Assembly (NCBI GenBank): GCA_040954595.2
Contig: CM082590.2
Location: 5,084,001 to 5,148,000, forward strand
DNA: 64,000 bases
Source: Balanoglossus misakiensis
Taxonomy: Eukaryota > Animalia > Hemichordata
Reading direction: 5' to 3'
Shown here: positions 50,740 through 64,000 of the stretch, piece by piece
How the letters are laid out: each line of letters starts with the position of its first letter
Numbering within the stretch: the first letter of the stretch is position 1
The notes under the pieces: generated by a model
What the model saw: only the letters and a program-made list of their open reading frames with translations
Told to the model about the DNA's origin: nothing
Database searches by the model: none
Program-made: the position numbers and the translations under genes

Positions 50740-53330
50740 TTTTAGGTTAAGTTTACATCACTTCTGACTCACTTAGAGTGGGCCAATCTTTAAAGTGTAA
50801 AGTGTTTTGAAATCGTCAATTACTGCTCTAAAACATGTTAAAGACCGGAGTTGGTATCTTTTAGAATAAATTAATAGGTTTGCTACAAAATAAAGTGATG
50901 TTTAAGTGATTCTTTTGTTTTTATGCATGTTAAAGAATAGGATAAATTATAATATTTGTGACCCTATCCTGATTTGTACAATGAAAGTAGCTTGAGTACT
51001 GTTTTTTTCAGGATGTATAGACATTTGAATTCCCCATGCTATAGTACATTATTTTTTTGAAATGTAGACAAGAAGTTATAAAACTGTAATTATGAAAAAT
51101 AATGTCAGTGCCCCATAGGCTTTACACTGTAGACAACAGGGTGTCATAGGTTAAAATTTTGGAAAGTAAGAAAACATGTTGTTTAAAGCTTGTTATTTTC
51201 AGAGACTGTTAAGAACATGATGGGATACTCCATACATTTTTTTAATGTTGTTACATGTACAGCAATGCCATTAGCTATTGGGTCAAAATAGGTAATTCAT
51301 ATATCTCACAATGACATTTTTGTTATATTGCCATGTGTTTGCAAAGTTGCTTTAAACACTTAGCATCGTCCAATTTTAAAACAGTTTTCTGTTTTGAAAA
51401 GGGTATAAAAAACTACATAACAGATTGAAGAATCAAATATTAGGAATAAGGAAACTGCATTGTTCCAAGAAAGGTGCTGTCAATCGACAAAGTAGACAAT
51501 ACTGTTTGACCCCTTTAACAGCATATATTATCACACAAAATTGACATTGTTGTACCACTCTGGTTTCTTTATTTATTCAGCAATGAAGTTCACACTTTAA
51601 CAATATATTAAAAACATATTGTTCTTTATAATACATATGAAACAGTTTTAAAATCGGATAATGCTAAGTGTTTAAACCAACTTTGCAAACATATATTGCA
51701 ATATAACAAAAATGTCATTGTCAGATTTATGAATTGCGTATTTTGACTCAATACCTATTGGCATTACTCTACATGTAACAACTTTTAAAAAATGTATGGA
51801 GTATCCAATCATGTTCTTAACACATTCTGAAAATAACAAGCATTAAACAACATGTTTTCTTACTTTCCAAAATTTTAACCTATGACACCCTGTTGTCTAC
51901 AGTGTAAAGCCTATGGGGCACTGACATTATTTTTCATAATTACAGTTTTATAACTTCTTGTCTACATTGTCTCATTTAGAGTGGGCCGATCTTTAAAGTA
52001 TAACCTGTTTTGAAATCGTCAACTACTGCTCTAAATCATATTGAAGACCTGATGTGGTATCCTTAAGAATAAATTAATATTTGTGCCAACCAAAAAGTGA
52101 TGTTAAAGTGATTCCTTTGTTTTTATGCATGTTAAAGAATAGAACAAATGATAAAACTTAAGACCCTACCCTAAGATGTACAATAAAGGAGATTTAGTAC
52201 TGATTTTTTCAGGAAGAATAGACATATACATTCTCTATTCTGGAGTACAATAATATTAAATAAATAAAGACAAAAGTTATAAAAATATAATTATGAAACA
52301 AAATGTTTGTGCCCCATAGGCTTAACACTGTAGAAAACCAGGTGTCATAGGTAAAAATTTAGGAAAGTAAGAAAACATGTCGTTTAAAGCTTGTTATTTT
52401 CAGAGACTGTTAAGAACATGATGGGATACATACATTTTTTTAAAGTTGTTACCTGTACAGTAATGCCAGTAGCTATTGATACAAACTAGGTAATTCGTAA
52501 ATCTCACATGGACATTTTCGTTATATTGCCACTTTATTTGGCACACCAGTTGATTTATTCTTGAAGATTTCACATCGGATCTTCAATATGTTTTAGAGTA
52601 ATGATTGGCGATCTCCAAACAGGGTACACTTGTCTACATTGTCTCATTTAGAGTGGGCCGATCTTTAAAGTATAACCTGTTTTGAAATCGTCAACTACTG
52701 TTCTAAAACATATTGAAGACCTGATGTGGTATCCTTAAGAATAAATTAATATTTGTGCCAACAAAAAAGTGATGTTTAAGTGATTCTTTTGTTTTTATGC
52801 ATGTTAAAGAATAGAACAAATGATAAAACTTAAGACCCTACCCTAAGATGTACAATAAAGGAGATTTAGTACTGATATTTTCAGGAAGAATAGACATATA
52901 AATTCTCTATTCTGGAGTACATTAATATTAAATAAATAAAGTCAAATGTTAGAAAAATAAAATTATGAAACAAAATGTTTGTGCCCCATAGGCTTAACAC
53001 TGTAGAAAACCAGGTGTCATAGGTAAAAATTTAGGTAAGTAAGAAAACATGTTTAAAGCTTGTTATTTTCAGAGACTGTTAAGAACATGATGGGATACTA
53101 CATACATTTGTTTTAAAGTTGTTACCTGTACAGTAATGCTAGTAGCTATTGATACAAACTAGGTAATTCATAAATCTCACCTGGACATTTTCGTTATATT
53201 GCCACTTTATTTTTGGCACACCAGTTGATTTATTCTTGAAGATTACACATTGGGTCTTGAATATGTTTTAGAGTAATGATTGGCGATCTCCAAACAGGGT
53301 ACACTTTTAAGATCGACCTACTCCAAGTGT
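50740..53330. repeat. Inverted repeat (51070-51400 vs 51640-51965) plus ~670-bp tandem duplication (51960-53330)
   Basis: TGTCTACATTGTCTCATTTAGAGTGGGCCG at ~51959 and ~52631; reverse-complement arms surround 51420-51620. Confidence 0.85.
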
Positions 53331-53639
53331 GTAAAATCTGATTTAATAACATGCATCCACTGTTCATGTAATACATGGGCAAGTTTAAATTAGGGACCAG
53401 AGTTTATCACTTACCCTTAGCTTCATTTCTCTTCATGATTGCATTGGTTCATTTCGTGTAGATTATTGTGCATGTTAAAACAGATTGACTTCAAAAGTGC
53501 TGCATTTTAAAGTCGCCAGTACTTAGGAAGTACACCTATTAGGAAGCACGTTAAACCACTGCATCTTCTTCAAAACATGTATGTATTTATTGAGTGCATG
53601 TGAGTGTGTGTCAGTGTTATGATAATATTAATAATAATT

Positions 53640-54020
53640 ATAATGTTACAGAGACGTTATAAATAAATAAGTACATTGAAAGTGATCTGTTGAAAAGTAT
53701 ACGTATTACATTACAACATTACAAATATTAAATAAGCAACTTAATAATAATGCTTTTCAAAAAGATATGTTACAGAGACATTATAAATAAATAAGTACAT
53801 TGAAAATGATCTGTTGAAAAGTATACATATTACATTACAACATATTACAAATATTAAATAAGCAATTTAATAATAAATCTTTTCAAAAAGATATGTTACA
53901 GAGACATTATAAATAAATAAGTACATTGAAAATGATCTGTTGAAAAGTATAAATTCTACAATACAACATATTACAAATATTAAATAAGTTCAAAAAGATA
54001 TATTACAAAGACATTTAATA
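53640..54020. repeat. ~125-bp AT-rich tandem repeat x3
   Basis: ATGTTACAGAGAC(G/A)TTATAAATAAATAAGTACATTGAAA at ~53643, 53767 and 53893. Confidence 0.88.
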
Positions 54021-54055
54021 TGTAAGAATAATGTGTGTATATGTGTGTTTGTCTT

Positions 54056-56014
54056 TTAAGTTGCTTTTTCTCTCTTATCCACCCTATTAATTCTGTCCTT
54101 TCTTATTCTTAATTGACGTACGGACACAGTTTCGAATTTGTTTGGTTGAGAATTCCGCCATTTCATCAGCCAAAGTTGGGTTGTCTTCTTGTACTTTTCA
54201 ACATCTTTGCTGCTAACTTTACCAACTGCTATCTCTTCTGCAAACATTTCTTTAATGGCTTGCTAAAAGTGTGACGGCCGTGTTCAATTCCATGGCCTGA
54301 AGTTTGACTTATATTGTCCCCCACCCTATACCAGGGCTGCCAGTCATCTCCACACCACCCTCATCTGTATTGTCAACAAAAGGCCTTTTGGATATGGCCA
54401 GTTTTGAAAACAACTGATTTGGGTGGTGGTCAATGCTGGGTGGTGCTATGCTTCCAACTGAACTCTCATCATTTCATATTACTCAGTTGCACTCACTTTC
54501 ATTTTTTCTCTTCCATTTTTTATTCGCAACTATCTTGGAACACAATTCACGCGTTGAATAGGTAACACTCGCAGATTCCTGCACACCTTTTGTCATGGCA
54601 TAAAAAGATGTCTGTGAGCGGGAACTTTGTGCCATGTGTGATGCGAGGGGCACTGCAAGATCAGGATCGTTCAGCAAAACATATGTAACGGTGGATTTGC
54701 ATAAAATTGTTGTGGTCAGTTCTTTTGAAATGACATCCGCGAAGCGCCAGGCAGCTTTCAGCGTCTTCGCAAACGTACTCGAGTTAAAATCCCTGCCATG
54801 ATACATCCTGAACAATCTGGTAGAGTTATCATTCTCCCCCCCCCCCACCCCTCACAAAAGGGTAATACGTGTTCAATCTACATCATAGCCTGTTTATACA
54901 GTGTAGACGAGAAAACAATTCTCGCGGGCCCTGATGCTGCTGAAGTTTTATGTGCCGCAACAGTCACAACAAACCCCTTGTCAGTCTCTTTTGGCTGCTC
55001 TAACATCCCCAACTGTTATATTTTTATAGGCACAATTTCTTTGTGCATTGTCTAGGACTAGTTGCACCATAATGTGGCCTGACATTAAGCAAAAATCTTC
55101 TCGTGAAACCCCTTGTCAGTCTCTTTGGCTGCTCTAACATCCCCAACTGTTATGTTTTATAGACACAATTTCTTTGCGCATTGTCTAGGACTAGTTGCAC
55201 CATAATGTGGCCAGACATTAAGTAAAAATCTTCTCATCAAACGTGTGGTCTGCCCTCCCCCACATAGCTAAACTCCACAAAAGCCCTGTTGGCGTGGATC
55301 GCCATTTCGCACGTCTCATAGGATGCAATCTCCTCAGGAGTTAAGAACTTCTCCTGTTCTGCATCCTGAAAAACACTTCTCCTTAATTTTACTTCTTTTG
55401 TCAGACTCTGAGCCCAACGTCTACTATGATTTATCATCTGGCGTGCATTTTTAATAAAACCATTATGTTCTGAATCGAGAAAATGATAAAAAAAAGTCTC
55501 AAAGAAAAAATATATGACCGAACTGTTGAAGCTTCATAAGGCTTGAGCATGGCTTCAAGACATTCCCTGACTTTTCCCTTTTCACTCAAACCTTCCCCCC
55601 CCCCACCCCACCCAAACAGACTCAACCAGTGTTTCATCCTGAGCTGGATGCTGGATGGCTGCTTTCCCAAATTTTCTCCCCCCATCCATTCCCTGTATCC
55701 ACTTTTTACAATCAGTTATAATAATATTTTCTGTGCTTTCCATCACCCCTACCCTCTTTCTCTCTAATTTCTGCCTCCAATTCTCTGTCTGTTTCAATAA
55801 CCCCCACCCCTCTCTCGCCTTCTGAATCACTTCTATTTACTGATTCGAAATCTCTTTCTCTTTCACTAACCCTCTCCCCCATCTCACCATCACTTTTATT
55901 ATTTCTGACTTCTAAAGATCTTTTCTCCCCTTCCCTACAACTTCTTTTGCGATCTTCCTGCCCTACATTGCCCTTTTCCCTCTGCTGTGTAATGTATTCC
56001 CTTTTGAGTCGCAA
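54056..56014 (-). pseudogene. Second tyrosine recombinase gene of the same family, multiply frameshifted
   Basis: Fragments align in order with the 44860-47052 protein: GMDGGRK/TADGGRR, STVRSYIFS/SSVRSYLFS, RWAQSLTKEV/KWATSYRKEV, AHKTSAASGPARIVF/EHKTASSHGVARLVF, SSTFAKTL/SSTFAKFL, LASHMAQ/LASHMSH, GVQESA/AVQESS. A ~135-bp duplication lies at 54972-55235. Confidence 0.88.
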
Positions 56015-56069
56015 TGCAACTCTAGCAGTTTGGGCCAGTTAGTATTTTGTATTTGGGGTGTCTGGTACT

Positions 56070-59053
56070 AATTACCCTTCGGCTCCCAAGAAAAGGACAA
56101 GGACAACTCTTTGGCAGGAAATATAGGAAGTACTTTTTATTTGCAAGACTCCACCTTACAGAAATTAAATAAACAATAAACTCAAGTACAGGGAAAATAA
56201 ACTCATGTAATAATGTTCTGAAGGCGTAAATGCCTAAACTAAACACTTCGCCGAATAGAAAGGCTGCTAAGGTATTACAAAAGCAGAGAGCTCCCAAAAC
56301 ACGCACGCAGCATCTCGGGAAAGAGCTGTGTGTGAACTGCGCATATGCAAACTGGCCGATAGAGGGCTCACTAACCCGATGAGTAATTAGACAGAATGAC
56401 ACATTATTAAACAAATTACCATTCGGCTGCCAAGAAAAGGACAATGACAACTCTTTGGCAGGAATTATAGGAAGTACTTTTTATTTGCAAGACTCCACCA
56501 AACGGAAGTACCGGCCAGAGAGTTGTCCAAATTTAAGTTAAAGCAATATATAAATTAAATAAATAGAAAAATTCTAAAATTGACACGCTAACAAGACCTG
56601 CTGATTTGAAACTAACAACTCTGAAACTGTGACTACAAGTCATAACATGTGAAATACAGGCGGGTGGACAAGGGAATTTTAACATAACGCTCATAGGCGT
56701 CTGAGCGCCAATCCCCGTGGAGTTTGATCAGGTCTGGGGGAACCCCTGCTGCATGGGCCAGGGAGGCTCCACCCCTACGCAAACTGTGAGCAGAATAAAG
56801 TTTGCTGTCTTTGCTAATGGCTTCCAGTAGTTTGCCAAGAGCCGATGAAAACGATGAAAATGTCAGACTGACAAGCTTCCCGTTCTGAGGGTAAATGGCT
56901 GATCTCTCGCGGCCGGCACCGAGGAGAGCATGAGTTTAACTGCCGACACAGGGCAAAGGGGGCTGCCAGGCAACGCTGCTAGCGGAATAAAGAGAGTGCG
57001 CTCATGACACTGCAGTGTCTTGGACCAACGCACTGCAAGCATAACGTGCTTATCACTAAATGCAATATCGCGCCTGGTGAGGTGGCGATTGCGATCAAAT
57101 GAGTGCTTGGAGGGAGGAACCAAGTTCGATTTCCTCAAAAAGGCAAAGAAGCCAATTAAAACAGCGCACCAAACTGTTAAATGAAACTTGCTGGAAAGAT
57201 CAATAAATGTTGCCATTTCCTCCAACATGGGAACTGTCAAAGGCAACTTCTGAGAAGGTGTGTGGACACTGCTTTTTCTGATGCCTGTGAGCGCCAATTT
57301 GAAATCCAGGCATTCGAAAGGTTCCAGGCTGTGGCCGGTCAGTATATGAAGTGTCTTGACACCTGCAATATAATTGGTAACGGATGCAGGACTACTAAAC
57401 GACTTGCTAAGAAACTGGGCATAAAGCGCCAAAACTGTGGACGTTGTAGGCACCGCTTGCAAACCGTAGTGAAGTGCAAAACTGATATAGGAGCGGAACT
57501 GAATATTCAGGTTCCTGAGCGTACCGGGACGAAAGGCTGCTAGCCGGGAGTTCTTGACCTCTTGTTTTAATAACTCCAGATCTTGCTGCACAGCTGCAAA
57601 TAAATTAAAATAAGACGTTTAGTGAAAACAATGCTTCTGAAGGACGAGTTTCTTCAAGAAGTTTATCTCCTGTGAGTGAGGCAAAGGTGTCGCGGTACTT
57701 GCGGTCGAAATGCCAGCGTGACAAGCAATCGGCAATGCTGTTCTGAGCGCCAGGAAGATAGCGCGCTTTCAGCTCGGAGTTCTCGCGCGGCTGACATGAG
57801 AAAGGGGTCGCGACCGCGGCCGGTGTTAAGAACCTGTACCGTGCTGCTGTTGTCACTGTAGACTAGAATGCGCAGGCCTGTCCATTTGTCACCACAAAGT
57901 CTGGCCGCCAATACGATGGTGAGCATTTCAAGGCAGTGGATAGGCTGTTGCTGCTGCAAGACAAAATCTGGGAATGGGGCATGGAAATACTGTGAGGCTG
58001 AGATTCCACCACATCCTTAAAGGCAAGCATCTGTACAAATAACGCTGTTGGGTGTGGACCAGACCAGTTCCGGAATAATCGAAACGCCAATATATTGCCT
58101 AAGAAAAGAGATCCACCAACTGATATCTTGCTGGAACTGCACGTTTAAGTAAATGTGATGCTGCGCCGACTGGACACAACGTAGCGTGTCAAGCATGCGG
58201 CTAATAAAAAGACGGCCTGCACGAACACAGCTAGAGACAAATGAAAGCTTGCCGATAAGGACCTGCAACTGACGTCTAGTGGCCTTTTTCCTGCCTGACC
58301 AATGAGCAAGAAGCTCTGAAAGCTCAGTGAGCCTGTCCTCTGTGACTAAAAACGAGAGACAAGTTGTGTGGGTTACAGCTTTACCAAAGGCTTCCTGTAG
58401 ACCTAATTCAGAGAGAAGAGACCGCAAAGCTGAAAAGGCGGACTGGGCCCGTATAAGGGTGTCTGAGTCGCAAAAGTCATCCAAAAAATTGACTGCGCTA
58501 GGCTTAACTGGTTGATCCACACTAATTTGGGGAGGGTTTCTGACGAATCTGGTATGCAGGTTGTCAAAATCGTCGCCCCACTCCAACAACGCCTGCTCAA
58601 GGTATTGTAAAATTATTGAGTGGTATTTACGGACCCTCTCCGAAGAATACAACTGAGCGTCAGTGACAATGTTTTGCAAGTGTGCTAAACGATTCACAGT
58701 TGAAGCATTATCTAAACTCATCCCTAATATGATCTCCAGTTCACTCGATACCAGCTGTGGTAAAGTCAATTCATCATAATTGCCTCTGGTTTGCGCGGGT
58801 TGGGGTCTCGGATGTATTCGTGTGGCCATGGTATGTACATGAGAATCCTGTCTGTTGGTTTCCTCTTGGCGCCGCTTTTTATTCTTTTACCTTTTGTCCT
58901 GGTGGTAGTCGATGGCTGGAGAAGCCTGTTCCTCGTCCTCGTGCGCGGAGCGTTCCGTTTCTCTTCTTGTTTCTTCCCGTCGCCATGTCTGCTGTCTGCA
59001 TCGTCGCTGGAGAAGGTTTCACCGGATGATTCTGAAGAACTGATAGAAATGTC
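56070..59053 (-). mobile_element. DIRS-order retrotransposon, Ngaro-like (split direct repeats), internally deleted
   Basis: Gag-like region 58500-59050 fused to an RT remnant (FLDDF, LIGKLSF), RNase H (TDACL, LEMLTI, SDN, NSIADCLSR) and YR 56685-57591 (FFAFLRKSNLV, WSKT, HSLRRGGAS, GDWRSDAY). ~85-bp direct repeats lie at 56070-56155 and 56414-56499. Confidence 0.9.
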
Positions 59054-60170
59054 TGTAATATTCAGGCTACTACAGTGATGGCGGAGAGAACACACTTTAT
59101 TACTAAGTGTACTACGCATGCGTATAGATGACGTCATGCACATAAACAACATCCCATTATGTTACATCTCCCTTTTTTTCAGCGGAAAGTCATCAACAAC
59201 AATAACAACAAAACAAGTGAACAGATCATCATAGTCCTTGTCCTTCAAATATCTGGCAGACTTCTTCAATACTTCAACAACAAATCTGTTCAGAGTTCGA
59301 ATGTTCATCGAATGTTCAAGTGTTCAGAATGTTCAATTCAAAACTGTTTTTTTTTCTTAATAAACATGTTTCGTTTGGTGTGTGCATATGTATTTCAACA
59401 AACTCCGAAATCAGTTCTTTCCACATTAAGTGTGTACATAGTCCTGGAATCTTACTGGTCTTCTCACAACGCGTCCTCTGGAAGTGGTTTTCACTGACTG
59501 GTTGCCTGTGGCATCTGCTTGCGTCATACTGCTACAAACCGAGTTAGGATTGGTTACCGTCATCTCTTTGTTAGGTTTTACATCTGGTGTAGTTTCTTCA
59601 ACAGCAGGTGGTTGACAATACTTTACAAGCAGGTGGTCATCAGCGACATCTGGAACAACTGGCATTTCTTTTGTTTTCCTGGTCACGGCGGTTTCTACGG
59701 TAGATGTGTCCATTTGACTCGACAATATATAATCGTGGTGTACTTGCTCTGGACTGTACAACTGCTGGTTTCCATCATTTGGTTGTCTTCATCCTCACAA
59801 ACTCATCGTTTGATAAACTGGGCAGATCTTTGGCATGCTGGTCATGATAGTATTTCTGTCTTTGTTTCAATGTTTCCAGGCTTGGCTTTACATTCTCAAC
59901 ATGTTTGGGCTTCAGCAAAATCTCGCTGGTTGGAAAGAGTGTTTTTTGTTCTCCTACCCATGAGTCTCTGCACAGGTGATCCCAGCTGGCTGTCACGTGG
60001 TGTGTTTCTGTGATCCAACAAAGCTAAATATGGATCCTTGTTATTCCGCTTGGCTTTCTTCATAAGCGATTTAGCACTTTTGACTGCATTTTCTGCCATT
60101 CCATTAGATTTGGGGTATCTTGGACTTGATGTGACGTGTTCAAATCCATAGGCAGCTGCAAACTTGACAT
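59054..60170 (-). mobile_element. Gypsy LTR retrotransposon 3' remnant: integrase fragments, PPT and 113-bp 3' LTR (59054-59166)
   Basis: TSSPRYPKSNGMAENAVK, ALLDHRNTP, SPVQRLMGRR and TSRGRVVRRPVRFQDYV motifs; PPT AAAAAAAGGGAG; LTR TGTAA...TTACA abutting the Ngaro gag. Confidence 0.9.
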
Positions 60171-63100
60171 GTATATTTTTGAGCTGAACAATAAACATGT
60201 TTAATACTTTACTTGCCAAAATAAAACAACTCGTGAGTGACTTGGTCAGTTGTCATGGTTCAGTATGTAAAAAAAATGAAATAATACATTTTATGGGTAC
60301 GTACCCACATACAATGTGACGTCACTTGCGCAGTTAGTTGTTGTTAGAGTAAACAAAAGATCACGTGATTGTGACGTTACAGTTTCCGTGTAGTAGCGGC
60401 GGTTCATTCAAACATGTTCCTTACCATCGGACTGTTATATCGGCAATTCTTTTCATGTTAAAGATTTGTTTATCGATATTTATTTCACAAAGAAAAAATA
60501 TACCCAAAATGGTATTTGTCATCAACTGGGCAAGTAATCTAAAAACATATATAAAGCGAAGATATCTCCATTTGAATTTCAATTTTACATGGCAACATCT
60601 CCCGAAAAATGCCGACCTCACTTCAGGTATTTTTGGATGCAGCGTTATTTTCATTGTATGTATTACCCTTGTTTGAAAAGTTCCCTTTTATGAGATCTGA
60701 CTATCACTATAATTCAGGGCTCGAAATTCGCGGTAGCCCCGCGTCCACAGACTACCAATGACTATCACTACAATAGACACAAGGAATTCAACATGGCGGT
60801 GCTACCTCATTTCATTCGTTGAACAAAAAACCTTGGATCCGCAGGCAGCCCGTTGATATCTGTGAATAAGGAGGGTAGAAATTGTGCAAATTATTTCAGA
60901 CATCAAAAATGAGTTAAGATGGTGCTGTATATCATGTATATTACTTTGCATGTTTTTGATACGTTGTGCGTTATTTTGAACGCCTTAAAGGGAAAGTTAG
61001 GTGGAACCGATTTAGTATTATGTGTTAGCTTTGCGTTCAGTTATTCAGGGGAATAAACATTTCGCCTTCCCAAACTCATGGGATTTTGCACATAAAGGGA
61101 AAGAGATTCTTCGATATCAAATGTCGTCAGACGCGCTCAGGCGGCAGTTACGTTGGCATTCAAATTTCCAGATGATGGGCAACTTCAACAACGTGGTGCA
61201 GACAAAGACTGTGCAGACGAAATGCAATGAGGTTGATGATGCACCATACCTGATACATGTTACGTGTCTAGCGGTTCTAAAGTAAAAACATACTCGTAAA
61301 ATTGTTTACTAGATGCCAAAATATTGCTTGCCCGTCATCTGAAAATGACAACGCCGTGGCTCACATGGCCAGATCACGTGATTGATAGTAAAGAATTGAC
61401 AGAAGATACATTCTGGGGCTACATCAAATTAAACTATTTTGAATCCTTTGCATATAAGTCTTCATATAAGCCTTCATGATTTCTATGATAAAAAGATGTG
61501 AATAGTATTATTTGTTAACAAATCTCTCCTCACAAAAGAATAGAAAGGTTTGGAGCATTATCATTTTGTCAAATCTGTCCAGAGGCGCATACTGCCTTAT
61601 GATGATTACATAGGCCTAATTAATTAATGTTTTACTTAAAGGGACAAAGTCTCTCTCTTGCTGCCCCCTTTCCATTGATTATGTTTGATTCAACACACCA
61701 TGTGTATATATAGTGAAACAACGTTCGACCACACATGTTTGTAGGATATGAGAGTCAAAATCTCGCCCAAATGAATAAACAGTAGAGACCGATTATTCAT
61801 TTTGGCGAGTTTTTCACTCTCGTGTCTGCAAGTGGGATGAAAGGTGTGTGTGGTCGAACGTTGATTCACTATATATCCACATGTAGAATAACATAAACGG
61901 TGTCTTATATCAAACATAAAGGGCTTATAGGGCACACTGACAGTGACAAAACTATACCACAAACCGTTGCATAATGGTCCCAAGCAGACATACATTTCCA
62001 CAACTTCGCCTCCATAGGCGTAGGAACCAGGAGGGGGAGGGGTGGTCACTTGCCCCCCTCCAATTCTGAAATGTGTGTGTGGGGGGGGGGGGGGGGCAAA
62101 GAAATACTTTTGCCCCCCCCCCCCAACTTTAGGGACAAAAAATTGCGGTTTCGAGATTGTTATATTACAAAATTTTCCAATGTCACGGGGGGACACCCCT
62201 TCCCACACCCACCACTTTCATTCTTTCACACCTTTCATGTATTGCCTGGTGTACCTGCGCAGAGTACTTGCCCCCCCCCCCCCACCAATGGTAACTTTGA
62301 GCGGCGAAGGCTAAATTTGACCTCCCCAACATAGTTGAGTTAATTTACTTTTGAGTTCATTAAAATGCAGCTTTGAGCTCTGTATTTAATAAAATTTTCT
62401 AACGTGGGAAGGGGGCACCAACTCCCTAACCCACCGTTATCAATTCTACTAACTATTGTAATGACTTGTCGATTTAATTTGTTCATATATTAATTTAATT
62501 ATTTTAATTTATTCATGTATGCAAATTTCCATTGTAAGTCATTCACCACCAGAATGTTGGTTACATTTTACCCCCCCCCCCCCAAACCATGAATTGCTCC
62601 CTAAGCCCCTGGCCTCGCAAATTATTCGTACAATGTGCACTCTCATCCATTTGGGCTTAGATTATTCCTCAAATAATTTAGCGAAAACATATAAAGAAAA
62701 TCATTTCAAACAAATGCTACACAATTTGAATGACGTCCAATGGGCTTTTCATTGTCCTATCATAGAACATTGAAAGGGTATATGAATAAGGCTTTCCAAC
62801 AAAAGGTACTACATAATTAGATTTAAAAATTATTTTTCGCTTATAATGAATAAAGTACAAAGAAATTCTGAAAATATTGTGTCAATTTTATTCAAACAAA
62901 ATTGCCAATATTGAAATGAATTCTTCAAATACATGTAATCAATAATTGAAATATCAACCTGTCTTCTTTATTAGTATATGTAGACATCTTAAAACACTAT
63001 CATTCTTATTAACATGCCCATAACATCATTGATGTAGTTTTTTTTTCAAACCAGTTGATGTTAATTTGTGTGTTTGTTTTTGTGTGGCATCTGTCTCTGC

Positions 63101-64000
63101 AATTTACATATTGTTTGAAAGACTCATAAACAGAGAGTTCAAATTAAATGAGGGGTAAATTCAGTATGTTCTAAAATAATTCAATACAAACAAAGTTGTC
63201 TTATTCATGACAGCTGTCCCTGACACAGATGTACACATGGCCAATACGGGCACTGGCTAAACACATCTGTTTGACCCACGTCTATTCACTTTACAAGTTT
63301 ATCTTCACACTGATAAACTAGGGATTGACCAACCAGGTTAACATATTCGGGGGAAAATGTGCTTAAAGCAGAGAAGGGATGCTTTTACAGGAACAACATC
63401 CAAAACAAAAGAATCAGATCAGACTGAATAATCCAAGCTGGCCAGTTTCTGTGTGGGGGGATATTTGTGAGGTGAATTTACAAGCTGGATACTTCACATA
63501 TTCTTTAAAACACAATGTAGAAAACGTACATACAAAAGGATTTTAAAAGGAAACATGACATTAACTGTGACTTGGGAGTATAACCAATTTGTGTGTATTG
63601 AACATACCTGTAGTGATAACAATAAGCTGTGGTTTAAGTATTTTATCGACAAAATTATCAGATTGTACAGATGGTCTTAGAACAACCTTGGTTATTGAGC
63701 TGTCTTAAACACAGAAACTCGTGAAGCTTTTTGTCCTATTACTAAATATTCAAGCAGATATTGTCATTGCAATTAACCTTGTCCCTGCTGGATCAATTGA
63801 TAAAGAGAACACTGAGTTAACATGAAATAAAGTCTGTCCCCACATGTCTGAGTAATGGTTCCATACAAAATGATTCACTGACAAATGAAATGTTATATTT
63901 AAGACAGCTGGTTTGGATCCAAGGGAAATGAAATGAAATCACTGTCATTTCTGACAAGATTGTTAGTACTTAGTACATCAATTAAATTTTGCATATATCA

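Larger units (their letters stand above)
49117..56060. mobile_element. YR element B: decayed sister element; right end not found (followed by Ngaro and Gypsy insertions)
   Basis: Starts CCCTAA|TTAGGGTC like element A. 50060-53330 shares long AT-rich blocks with 36200-38530 in the same orientation. It carries a homologous YR pseudogene. Confidence 0.6.

Noticed and set aside
61690-62773. Gly/Pro-rich ORFs
   Set aside because: Produced by poly-G/poly-C tracts in MITE-like repeats.

Overview
Repeat-rich, AT-rich animal genomic DNA; an invertebrate deuterostome such as a hemichordate is my impression, not demonstrated. (1) The left half holds the 5' part of a minus-strand spliced ankyrin-repeat gene missed by the ORF track. 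It has a 30-nt ATG exon and five phase-0 exons of one repeat each. Three of these sit in a ~3-kb tandemly duplicated intron-exon unit and differ only by amino-acid-changing substitutions, mostly at ligand-binding positions. (2) Upstream lie orphan exons of an ELAC2/RNase Z-like gene and one ALIX/PDCD6IP exon. (3) The right half holds a ~13.2-kb element (35347-48515) with TTAGGGTCC...GGACCCTTA inverted termini, set in a telomere-like (CCCTAA) tract. It encodes a C2H2-zinc-finger + tyrosine recombinase (YR) protein bracketed by 29-bp dyad repeats. A decayed sister element begins with the same CCCTAA|TTAGGGTC junction at the far end of the tract, suggesting a telomeric-repeat-targeting, Crypton-like YR transposon family. 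Ordinary TEs (CR1/L2 LINE, Ngaro, Gypsy, Helentron-type, Kolobok-, Academ- and piggyBac-like MITEs) fill the rest. All calls were made by eye, without database searches.
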